This document shows positions 47,437-56,260 of a stretch of DNA of 64,000 nucleotides, in pieces. Every line of letters begins with the position of its first letter. Positions within the stretch are counted from its first letter, which is position 1. The notes under the pieces were generated by a model. That model saw only the letters and a program-made list of their open reading frames with translations, did not search any database and had not been told where the DNA came from. Location of the stretch: the NCBI GenBank assembly GCA_037146775.1, contig JBAWWL010000009.1, positions 68,575 to 132,574 on the forward strand, read 5' to 3'. The DNA comes from Candidatus Omnitrophota bacterium (lineage in GTDB: Bacteria; Omnitrophota; Gorgyraeia; Duberdicusellales; 4484-171). Made by a program: the position numbers and the translations under genes.

Positions 47437-47976
47437 CTACTGGACCTTCCCCGTATTCGGTTCAACGGTAACTACCACTCCTGTGTTTAAGGTCACCACA
47501 CCTTGGCTGAAAAGCACCGTTACTGCGCCGCCGCCAGGGCCACAACTACAAGGCGTTCCCGCAGCATTAAAAACAAGGCCGTTACCAATGCCGTCAAAAT
47601 TTGCCTGGACAATACTCACTCCATGATATTCGCCTACACCTAAATTTACGGTAAAATTTACTTTGGTTAAAGGGTCGGAAGTTATGCTCCAGGTGCCGGG
47701 ACTTGATTCATAATAGACACTGTAGCTATTGGAAGAGGCATCAAAATAAATCCTTGTCTTCTTTTGGGAACTTAGAGCGTAACTTTGCGTATATCTGATG
47801 TCGGATTTAATTTTTGTGGCCGCCTGAGTAACGCGTATTTGCTCTAGATAATGCTTGGGGCTTAAAGCTACAACGCCAACGATCGCGATTATTAAAAAAG
47901 TAATGACTAGTTCTATAAGCGTGAAACCATTTGGATTCTTTAGTTCAATAAGTTTAATTTGTCTTAAGCCTACCAT
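47437..47976 (-). CDS. FimT/GspH-like minor pilin
   Basis: G-FTLIE; IKSDIRYTQSYAL; VFNAAGTP; VTVEPNTGKV. Confidence 0.85.
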   Translation of the reverse strand: MVGLRQIKLIELKNPNGFTLIELVITFLIIAIVGVVALSPKHYLEQIRVTQAATKIKSDIRYTQSYALSSQKKTRIYFDASSNSYSVYYESSPGTWSITSDPLTKVNFTVNLGVGEYHGVSIVQANFDGIGNGLVFNAAGTPCSCGPGGGAVTVLFSQGVVTLNTGVVVTVEPNTGKVQ

Positions 47977-48092
47977 ATTAAATTCGAAGCAAGATTTTAA
48001 ATCACTGAAAGAGCTGCGTCAACCGGTTACGGTTACTCGTCTTGCTAAAGTTTCGGCGAAAGAGAATAAAAAGTATAAAAAATCATAAAAGC

Positions 48093-48132
48093 AGGAAAGC
48101 AGGTTAGGCTTTTATGCCGCACCTGCTTTCCT
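48093..48132 (-). terminator. Hairpin terminator/stabiliser after the major pilin gene
   Basis: AGGAAAGCAGGT / ACCTGCTTTCCT. Confidence 0.7.
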
Positions 48133-48175
48133 TAATTTAGTATAAATTCTTCTTTAGTGTTAGTCTTTATGCTGT

Positions 48176-48553
48176 TTATTTCAAAGAACCGTCTGTGCTG
48201 CTGTAAGTGTAAGTGGTGCCTGCCGGACCCGTATAAGTAGTAGCGCTGGCCTTAGTCCAATCTGCCGTTACCGGTTGCGCAAGCACATTATCAAAACACT
48301 TATTAGTAGTAGTGCAGGCTCCGGTAAAGCTTGTAGTCTCTAAAGATGACGGATACGCGCAAGTTCCACCATTACACTCATTCGCATAATAGGTGCTGAT
48401 TCCTGAACGCACGCCGCCAACCACGCCTTTTTCTGCAGCGGTTTTAGCATTAGCCTGTAAATCGAAATATTTTGGTATTGCTACTGCGGCCAAAATTCCC
48501 AAGATAACAATAATCATAACCAATTCAATAAGCGTAAAACCCCTTCTCTTCAT
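48176..48553 (-). CDS. Major type IV pilin (MshA/PilA-like)
   Basis: MKRRG-FTLIELVMIIVILGILAAVAIPKY; strong AAAGGAGG RBS; own 3' hairpin. Confidence 0.9.
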   Translation of the reverse strand: MKRRGFTLIELVMIIVILGILAAVAIPKYFDLQANAKTAAEKGVVGGVRSGISTYYANECNGGTCAYPSSLETTSFTGACTTTNKCFDNVLAQPVTADWTKASATTYTGPAGTTYTYSSTDGSLK

Positions 48554-48726
48554 GACTAGACCTCCTCCTTTTACATTACCCATATTCTATACTCAAAAAT
48601 ACCTTATAAATTTGACCAGTGCTATTTATTCTGGCTTAAACTTATCTCTTATCCCTAAGCTCGGATAACTGCTATATTTTATAATATCTATCTTCAAAAT
48701 GCAAAAACTATTTTTACTTTTTTAAA

Positions 48727-48812
48727 ATGATTACACCGATTAATGAATTTGTGTAATCTTGGCGTCACTATGCCATCTAATCTGTGTAATCTTTTAAAAA
48801 TCTGTGTAATTT
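48727..48812. repeat. GATTACAC / GTGTAATC repeat cluster
   Basis: gattacaccgatt...gtgtaatc, atctgtgtaatc, atctgtgtaat. Confidence 0.75.
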
Positions 48813-48821
48813 ATTATAAAA

Positions 48822-50039
48822 CTATTTTTGAAATAATTGCATCAAATTCCACATCGGCAAAAATATGCCCAGCGCCATCAATAAAACCCCGCAGCCAAGC
48901 ACAAGCAACAACATCGGCTCAATCAAAGAGGTAAGGTTATCAATCATAAAACCCGCCTCGGCATCATAATAATCTGCTACATGCAATAATAATTCGTCTA
49001 CCTTTCCGGTATCTTCACCCACAGAAACCATCTGTGTTACTACAGGAGTAAACATGCCGCTTGTTTTCATTGACTCGGCCATCCCCTTGCCTTCACTAAC
49101 TCCAACTCCAATGCTCGCTATTGCGCGGGATATTACCGTATTATTTACGCCTTGGGCGGAAAGATCCATGATCCTTAAGATAGGCACGCCTGCGCGCATC
49201 ATAGTTCCTGTAACCTTGGCAAATCTTCCCATTTCTATTTTAATCATGAGCGAACCAAAAACCGGAAATTTCAATCGCAGGCTATCCCACCAAAGCCTAC
49301 CCTTCTTGGTAGCGGTAAGTCTACGAAAACCATAGATTAAAGCTGCGATAATAATAATCAGTGCCCACCAGAATTTTGTAACCGCCTTATTTGTCCAAAT
49401 GAGGATTAAAGTAGGCAGCGGCAAGTTTACGCCGGCAGACATATATACTTTCGCAAAGCGCGGAACAATCAAAAGAGTCAAAATTAAAAAAGCAATACTT
49501 ATGGCAACGACGACTATGATAGGGTATCTGGTTGCTCCCTTGATGCGCGAATTAACTTTCGCGTCATACTCTCTCAAATCTGCCAACCTCTCTAAAGCCT
49601 CGACAAGAGTTCCACTCTCTTCCCCCACCTTAACCATATTTGTGTATAAAGAGTCGAACAGTTTCGGATGATTTTCAAAAGCAGCAGAAAGGCTTTTACC
49701 TGAGTTTATATCTATCGCAATATGATCGAGCGTTTCTTTAAAAACCTTATTTGTGGACTGGTTGCTCATCGCGTTAAGGCTTGCAATAACACTTACCCCC
49801 GCCTTCTGCATTACGGCAAATTGACGCGTAAACATATTTAATTCCGTAGGCCTTACTTTTCTAAAAAGCTTTGTAAAGATTTTATCGAATCCTGACTCTT
49901 TTCCGGCTACCTCGATAGAAACCGGTATAAAATCGGCTTCTTTTAATTTGTCGGCAACCGCGCCCTCTGAAGCAGCCTCCATAAATCCGCTAGTAAGCTT
50001 TGCGAATTTATCCCTAGCTTTATATTGATACTTAATCAT
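48822..50039 (-). CDS. pilC: PilC/GspF platform protein
   Basis: FTRQFAVM..AG, VGEESGTL, YPIIV, VGEDTGKVD, LIEP. Confidence 0.94.
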   Translation of the reverse strand: MIKYQYKARDKFAKLTSGFMEAASEGAVADKLKEADFIPVSIEVAGKESGFDKIFTKLFRKVRPTELNMFTRQFAVMQKAGVSVIASLNAMSNQSTNKVFKETLDHIAIDINSGKSLSAAFENHPKLFDSLYTNMVKVGEESGTLVEALERLADLREYDAKVNSRIKGATRYPIIVVVAISIAFLILTLLIVPRFAKVYMSAGVNLPLPTLILIWTNKAVTKFWWALIIIIAALIYGFRRLTATKKGRLWWDSLRLKFPVFGSLMIKIEMGRFAKVTGTMMRAGVPILRIMDLSAQGVNNTVISRAIASIGVGVSEGKGMAESMKTSGMFTPVVTQMVSVGEDTGKVDELLLHVADYYDAEAGFMIDNLTSLIEPMLLLVLGCGVLLMALGIFLPMWNLMQLFQK

Positions 50040-51709
50040 TATTCCACCTTTGTTACGCGTAGCACTTCTTCGGCGGTCGTAATACCCTTAATCGCTTTTT
50101 CTAAACCGTCTTTATACAGTGCCTTCATTCCCGATTCAACGGCTTTATTCATTATCTGGTCAGCAGAAGCCTTATTGTTAATCATCTCCCTGATGGCATC
50201 ATTGATTAACAGCATTTCATATACACCAATTCTTCCGCGATAACCGGTATTCTTGCATTCCGGGCACCCCTTGCCGCGATAAAGCTCTTGTTTTGGAGCC
50301 ATGCCTAAATCTTTCAGAACAGATGCGTCAGGCGAATATTTTTCCTTACATTTTTCACAAATTTTTCTAACTAATCTTTGCGCAAGTATACCTATAACAG
50401 AACTAGAAATTAAAAATGGTTCTACCCCCATATCTATTAAACGCGCCAAAGATGATGGCGCATCGTTGGTATGTAAAGTCGAGAGAACCAAATGTCCGGT
50501 CAAAGAAGCTTGTATGGCAATTTCGGCCGTTTCTTTATCGCGTATTTCGCCAACCATGATGATGTCCGGATCTTGACGTAATATCGCGCGCAAGCCATCG
50601 GCAAAAGTTATGCCCGCCCGAGGATTCACTTGAGTCTGCCTGATCAAGGGCAACTCGTATTCAACCGGGTCTTCTATGGTAATGATATTCTTTTCCATGG
50701 TACTGATAGTGCTTAACGTTGAATATAACGTGGTGGTTTTGCCGCTTCCGGTTGGACCGGTAACTAAAATTATGCCGTTAGGGTGACGGATAAGTTTATC
50801 GAAAATTGTAAGTTCGTCTTTGTCAAACCCTAAGTCTTCCAACCCCAAAACAACTGCCGACTTATCTAATAACCGCATTACTACATTTTCGCCATGTATG
50901 GTCGGAAAGGTAGAAACCCTCACATCCAAATCTTTATTCTGCACTTTCAAGCGGATCCTGCCATCTTGGGGTTTTCTACTTTCGGCAATATCCATCCCCG
51001 ACAGCAGCTTTATCCTGGAAGCAATAGCCCGATGCAGGTGCTTGGGAAAAGTGTAGGCCTCATGCATAATTCCGTCTATTCTGTTACGCACCCTTGACGC
51101 GCCATGCTCCGGCTCGACATGTATATCGGAAGCCCTGTCTTTGACTGCCTGCATAAACATCATATTAACCAACTTAATGACCGGCGCCTCTTCAACAATT
51201 TCGGACAAATCTTTCTCTTCTTCTGTACCAACCTTCTTCGTCTCTATAGACTTAACTATTTCGCTTATAGAACCGCCGACAACGTAATAATAATCTAAAA
51301 TCCGCTGTATGCCTTTCTCGGTAGTAAGGACCGGGTCGATAGAATCCTTTTTGCTCACTTTCCGCACCTGATCCAACGCGACAATATCCTGCGGGTTAAC
51401 CATAGCCACAGTAAGGCTTTGACCGATCATAAAAAGCGGCACCACTTTGTATTTCTTCGCGATATTTTCGGGAATTAGCTTTACTAGTTCACTGTCAATA
51501 ATATAATCTTTTAAATCCATGAAAGGGACATTTAGGTGTACGGCAAGTGCGCTCGCAATATCATCCTCACTGATAAAACCCAATTTTTCCAGTGCCCGAT
51601 CAAGAGAAAGCCCGGTACGCTTAACCTCATCTTGTGCTTTAGTAAGTTGCTCCTGGGTAATTAAGCCCTTTTCCAGTAATAGATTAACTATTTCAAAATT
51701 TCCTGCCAT
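50039..51709 (-). CDS. pilB: PilB/GspE assembly ATPase
   Basis: ASDIHVEP, GPTGSGKTTTLY, EDPVEY, LRQDPDIIMVGEIRD, Cys4 zinc site. Confidence 0.95.
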   Translation of the reverse strand: MAGNFEIVNLLLEKGLITQEQLTKAQDEVKRTGLSLDRALEKLGFISEDDIASALAVHLNVPFMDLKDYIIDSELVKLIPENIAKKYKVVPLFMIGQSLTVAMVNPQDIVALDQVRKVSKKDSIDPVLTTEKGIQRILDYYYVVGGSISEIVKSIETKKVGTEEEKDLSEIVEEAPVIKLVNMMFMQAVKDRASDIHVEPEHGASRVRNRIDGIMHEAYTFPKHLHRAIASRIKLLSGMDIAESRKPQDGRIRLKVQNKDLDVRVSTFPTIHGENVVMRLLDKSAVVLGLEDLGFDKDELTIFDKLIRHPNGIILVTGPTGSGKTTTLYSTLSTISTMEKNIITIEDPVEYELPLIRQTQVNPRAGITFADGLRAILRQDPDIIMVGEIRDKETAEIAIQASLTGHLVLSTLHTNDAPSSLARLIDMGVEPFLISSSVIGILAQRLVRKICEKCKEKYSPDASVLKDLGMAPKQELYRGKGCPECKNTGYRGRIGVYEMLLINDAIREMINNKASADQIMNKAVESGMKALYKDGLEKAIKGITTAEEVLRVTKVE

Positions 51710-51729
51710 ATTTTTCTCCTTTTAATAAA

Positions 51730-51781
51730 TGATTACACGGATTAAGTCAAGATTACACAGACCTATTAATCGGTGTAATCA
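51730..51781. repeat. Inverted GATTACAC element
   Basis: tgattacacggatt..gattacacaga..aatcggtgtaatca. Confidence 0.75.
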
Positions 51782-51795
51782 TTTTTTTTCTAAGC

Positions 51796-52167
51796 TCAAG
51801 CCTCTTTTACCAATTCTTTTATTTTTGTAAGTAAAGCCTGCGGATCGAAAGGCTTAGTAACGTAAGCATTGGCACCGGTTTCTTCACCCATCTTTTTGTC
51901 GGATTCCTGCGCGCGGGCGGTAAACATAATAATGGGTATATGCTTATATTTCTCATCAAATTTAAGCATCCGGCATACTTTATAACCGTCTATCTTGGGC
52001 AGCATAAGATCTAGTATGATCAGGTCGGGTTTTTCTTTTCTTGCCTTGTCTAGCCCCACAAAACCATCGTGGGCGGAGATTACCTCATAACCATTTGCCT
52101 CCAAGCGAAAAGTTACTGTCTCTACCAAATCTTTCTCGTCGTCAATAATTAAAATTCTTTTTTTCAT
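51796..52167 (-). CDS. Single-domain response regulator
   Basis: ILIIDDE, DLMLP, FTAR, YVTKPF; real start 52167. Confidence 0.93.
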   Translation of the reverse strand: MKKRILIIDDEKDLVETVTFRLEANGYEVISAHDGFVGLDKARKEKPDLIILDLMLPKIDGYKVCRMLKFDEKYKHIPIIMFTARAQESDKKMGEETGANAYVTKPFDPQALLTKIKELVKEA

Positions 52168-52168
52168 T

Positions 52169-53485
52169 TTACCGCTCACTCTTTCTAATATCTCTGGGCA
52201 ATATGACGCTAAATTTGCTTCCTTTACCGATTTCTGAATCGAGCCGTACCTGGCCGCCATGTACATCAACGATACCCTTGACGATAGAAAGCCCGAGGCC
52301 AGTACCTGGAACTTCTCCTCTGGCATGCATTGCCATACGGTGGAACCGGTCGAAAATTTTTTCAAAATCCTCGCGAGGAATCCCCATGCCAGTATCAATA
52401 ACGGTAATTTCTACCATCTCTCCCTTCTCTTCAACGCCTACTTCTACTTTTCCTTTCGGCCTGTTATATTTAATAGCATTATCAACAAGATTGGTCACCA
52501 CCTGCGTAAGTTTATCCGGATCTCCCCAAATCTCAATAGGTACACCGGGTAATATACTGGTAAAGAGAAGCCCTTTTTCCCTGGCAAGCGGACTTAAGGA
52601 GCTTGCAACGGTTTTCACCATTCCGGCAACATCAAAAAGCTTTCTCTTCGCCGGCGCCTTCTTCGCGTCAAGCTTGGCCAGCTCAAGCAACTCATCAATA
52701 AGGCGGCCGAGACGCTCGATATTCTGTTTTGCCACCTCAAGAAATCTTTTCTGTTCTTGCGTAATTTGCCCGGTCATCCCCTCCAGGAGAAGGCCAACCG
52801 CTTCTTTAATTGCGGTTAATGGGGTACGCAGTTCGTGTGAAACATTGGAAACAAAATCAGACTTAAGCTGATCTCGGGAACGTGCTTCTTCCTGAAGCCT
52901 GGCATTCTCGATAATAACCGCGGCAAAATCAGCGATGGTCTTTAGAATATCTAAATCCTCTTCTCGAAAAACTTCCTTAGTTATCTTGTTGTTTACATTA
53001 ATAACACCGATAACCCTGTCACGTACTTTAAGGGGGACGCTAAGCAAAGAATTGGTATAATACCTTCCGTTACTGCGCTTAGAAAATCTTGAGTCGCGGT
53101 CCAGGTCTTTAATAAGAAGGGGTTCTCCTGTCATCGCGATCCAGCCGGCAACGCCTTCGCCAAGTTTTATTTTGGCTTCTCTAATAATTTCGTCGTTGAG
53201 CCCCTTAGCAAACTTTATCACTAAACCGCCCTTGTCCGTATCCAAAAGCATCAGAGATACAATTTCCACCGATAAAAGATCGGCGATCCTGTTCGCCAAA
53301 ATCCTGAGGCATTTCTCAAAATCAAACACAGAAGACGCCTCTTTGCCGATATGATACGCGGCCGCCAGCTCAAAAAGACGGCGCTCAAGTATGTCTCGAT
53401 TCTGCCGGTGCATGTCGTCAACCATGGTTTTTATTTCAAAATTATCTGCTACCGCGCTTATGCTTTCCTGTAATTTATCTTTCAT
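52169..53485 (-). CDS. Cytoplasmic GAF-domain sensor histidine kinase
   Basis: GAF (GEGVAGW, NNK..F..ED), SHELRTPL, NLVDNAIKY, DTGMGI, GTGLGL. Confidence 0.94.
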   Translation of the reverse strand: MKDKLQESISAVADNFEIKTMVDDMHRQNRDILERRLFELAAAYHIGKEASSVFDFEKCLRILANRIADLLSVEIVSLMLLDTDKGGLVIKFAKGLNDEIIREAKIKLGEGVAGWIAMTGEPLLIKDLDRDSRFSKRSNGRYYTNSLLSVPLKVRDRVIGVINVNNKITKEVFREEDLDILKTIADFAAVIIENARLQEEARSRDQLKSDFVSNVSHELRTPLTAIKEAVGLLLEGMTGQITQEQKRFLEVAKQNIERLGRLIDELLELAKLDAKKAPAKRKLFDVAGMVKTVASSLSPLAREKGLLFTSILPGVPIEIWGDPDKLTQVVTNLVDNAIKYNRPKGKVEVGVEEKGEMVEITVIDTGMGIPREDFEKIFDRFHRMAMHARGEVPGTGLGLSIVKGIVDVHGGQVRLDSEIGKGSKFSVILPRDIRKSER

Positions 53486-53488
53486 ACC

Positions 53489-53884
53489 TCACCTCTTGCC
53501 GCTTGACAACTTTTCTTCTATCATATGAAGCGTTGATTTCAACACACTCTGCATATCGCTATACATGCTCATTTTAGGAATATACGTGCTCACCCCTAAC
53601 TGTTCCGCCCCCTTAATAGAGCGCTCATCAGGATAAGCAGTCATCATAACAACCGGGATACTTGCGGAAATTTTTCTTATTTCTTTTAAGGTCTTAATAC
53701 CGTCCATCTCGGGCATCATATAATCCAAAATAACGATATCGGGCTTCTTGGTTTGCATAATACCTAACGCATCCTTGCCGTTTGAAGCCGTAATAGCACC
53801 ATACCCCCAACTTTTGATTCTAGTTGCCATCAGCTCAAGAAAATCATGCTCATCATCTACCAACAGAATTGACGGCTTTGCCAT
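53489..53884 (-). CDS. Single-domain response regulator
   Basis: LLVDDE, DYMMPEMDG, MTAY. Confidence 0.9.
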   Translation of the reverse strand: MAKPSILLVDDEHDFLELMATRIKSWGYGAITASNGKDALGIMQTKKPDIVILDYMMPEMDGIKTLKEIRKISASIPVVMMTAYPDERSIKGAEQLGVSTYIPKMSMYSDMQSVLKSTLHMIEEKLSSGKR

Positions 53885-54069
53885 AATAACTCCTTTTTCT
53901 CTGTTCTTTTCGATATGCGCAGCAACAGGTATACGCTTACTAAAACACTATAATAACTTTTAATTATAGCAACTAAAAGAGCTCTCGACAACCATTTTTC
54001 TCCTACCGTAAATATCCTCCCACTCGTAAGCTTACTTTTTTGGATAGCAATTACGTTCTTAGATAATCC

Positions 54070-54588
54070 TTACTTTTTATATTTAGCTAACTCCGCTTCA
54101 AGCTCTTTTATTTTGTTTTTAAGTTCGATCATCTTTAATTCGCGACCAATGGCAACATCGTTAAAAATCTTAAGCTGCCTGTTTTTTTCAATAAATTCCA
54201 GGTAAATCTTCCTGATACGCATCATTACTTCGACCTTGGCGATAAGTTCGTCTAAGTTATCCGGCATATAAAAATATTCTTCCGCCCCACTGTCCAGCAA
54301 CGCTTTCAGCTTATCCGCAATATCTTTATAGGTGGCAGAAACGCAAATAATCGGAATATAGCGCGTTTCTTCCTTGTGTTTCAAGATGTGTATCATTGTG
54401 AATCCATCCATTATAGGCATCGCCAGGTCGGTAACAATAATATCAATCTCTCGTGTCTGAGCTATTTTTAGCCCCTCTTCGCCGTTTCCGGCATCTATGA
54501 CGGTATATTGTGCGTCTTCGAGCGCCTTTTTATAAATGGCTTTCTTAGTTTCGCTGTCCTCAACAAGTAAAATTAAACCTTTGGTCAT
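54070..54588 (-). CDS. Atypical response regulator with C-terminal RELKM coiled coil
   Basis: LLVEDS, DLAMPIMDG; conserved Lys replaced (YFYMP); ends GRELKMIELKNKIKELE. Confidence 0.82.
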   Translation of the reverse strand: MTKGLILLVEDSETKKAIYKKALEDAQYTVIDAGNGEEGLKIAQTREIDIIVTDLAMPIMDGFTMIHILKHKEETRYIPIICVSATYKDIADKLKALLDSGAEEYFYMPDNLDELIAKVEVMMRIRKIYLEFIEKNRQLKIFNDVAIGRELKMIELKNKIKELEAELAKYKK

Positions 54589-54712
54589 TGTTCCTCCTTT
54601 TGCCGATACGATCGGACTAAGGCGTAATCCTTGCTAAAAAAATAGCTATCGTCCAACACATTTCTTTATTCTTCCCAACAACCCATCAAAAACAATCATC
54701 CAACAAACTGGC

Positions 54713-54945
54713 TATATTTTATATTTTTAATTTTTGATATTTGATATTTAATTTTTCTGACCCTTCCTGCCTACTAACCTATCAACATACTAACCTATCA
54801 ACCTATATTCTTTCCCCAAATAATTCGTTAATCATTTAATCCGTTAATTCTTTAACCTACTAACCTATCCACCTATCAACATATCAACCTACATAATACT
54901 CACAACTATATACTATGTACTCAATACTCACGACTATATACTATA
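54713..54945. repeat. Composite block of ATTTTTA, YAACCTAT, CGTTAAT and TACTATR arrays
   Basis: Reverse-complement counterparts of the arrays at 9362-9400 and 11205-11330. Confidence 0.75.
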
Positions 54946-56242
54946 GCGACGCATCTACCTCAATAAAAATACCTAAAATAATATCTCGCCCGGCAAGATG
55001 CATAGTTTGCGCATTGAGAAAAACTGGTACAATGGTACCATTTTTATGCTGCACTTCAACCGCAATATCTTCTGTACGGCCCCTTTGTGCGTGTATATAA
55101 AATTTTTCTTTATACTTTTCTTCCTGGCCAAAAGGATGCAATTGCCACTGCTGCATACCGACCAACTCCTCGTGGCTATAGCCCAAAAGCGTTTGCGCCT
55201 GCCGGTTACACTCAATGATATTGCCGGTTTCAATATCAGCTATAACCATTGCTGTACCCGCATTATCAAAAATAGTCTTAAATTTTTCCTCTGATTCCCG
55301 CAGCGCCAACTCAGTCTTCTTGCGTTCGCTAATGTCAACATTTACCTCCGCTACCAGCCATTCACCGTTTTCATTTTGGAAAGGTATGGTTGTTATCTGG
55401 ACGGGCCTGTTATTTTCTTTTACTAATACTTCTTCCGTAACTTTTAGCTGTTTAGTTTTTAAAGCCTCTACGATACCGCAGCCGGGACAAATATCGTTGC
55501 GGCCCATGAAATACTGATAACATTTTCTTCCCTGCACTTCGCCATATACTTTCGCCCATTCCGGATCAATATAACGTATATTGAATTCTGTATCAATGAT
55601 ATCCAGCCCTGTCTTGGTAGCTCCGAGAATATATTCTATTTGTTTTTTAAGCGTGCCTAATTCTAGCTGCATTGTTTTACGGTGCGCAACCTCTTCCTGT
55701 AATTCCACGTTTGTCCTAGCTAATTCAAAAGTACGCCTTTGTACGCGTAGCTCTAAATCTTCTTTCACTTTTTCAAGTTGAGCCTCAAGTTTATGGCGCT
55801 CGGTGATATCGCGGAAAATACCGGCCACATATTGCTTCCCGCCGCAATTAAGCATGAACCCTTTAATATCAACATGCAATATTTTTTTATCTTTCTTAAG
55901 TAAAGGGATATTTTTTGCTAAGGTAATCTTTTTGTTGATAATCTTCTCAAACTGAGCCAATACGTAGGGAAACTCTCCTGCGGGATGAATTTTATCAATA
56001 GTCAGCTTTTTAAGCTCTCCAAGGCTATAACCCAGCATTTGGCATATACTTTTATTGCCTAAATATATTTTCTTAGTTTTTGGTTCCGCCAAGAGCATGC
56101 CATCATTAGCATAGTCAAAAATATCTTTAAAAATCTCTAGCGGCGCCGCACACATATCTCTCGTTTCACCTCGTAGCGTGCCTTTGGATAAAAAATTCTT
56201 CCTATGTGATAATTTATGCATAATTTTTTTTGTCCGCTTCAT
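54941..56242 (-). CDS. Multi-PAS protein without output domain
   Basis: Three PAS/PAC units (RDITERH, VDISERK) separated by coiled coils. Confidence 0.82.
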   Translation of the reverse strand: MKRTKKIMHKLSHRKNFLSKGTLRGETRDMCAAPLEIFKDIFDYANDGMLLAEPKTKKIYLGNKSICQMLGYSLGELKKLTIDKIHPAGEFPYVLAQFEKIINKKITLAKNIPLLKKDKKILHVDIKGFMLNCGGKQYVAGIFRDITERHKLEAQLEKVKEDLELRVQRRTFELARTNVELQEEVAHRKTMQLELGTLKKQIEYILGATKTGLDIIDTEFNIRYIDPEWAKVYGEVQGRKCYQYFMGRNDICPGCGIVEALKTKQLKVTEEVLVKENNRPVQITTIPFQNENGEWLVAEVNVDISERKKTELALRESEEKFKTIFDNAGTAMVIADIETGNIIECNRQAQTLLGYSHEELVGMQQWQLHPFGQEEKYKEKFYIHAQRGRTEDIAVEVQHKNGTIVPVFLNAQTMHLAGRDIILGIFIEVDASL

Positions 56243-56260
56243 GTCAAAATATTAATTTTT

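Noticed and set aside
52168-52398. N-terminal extension of the response regulator ORF 51796-52398
   Set aside because: Overlaps the kinase CDS in another frame; the REC domain starts at ATG 52167.
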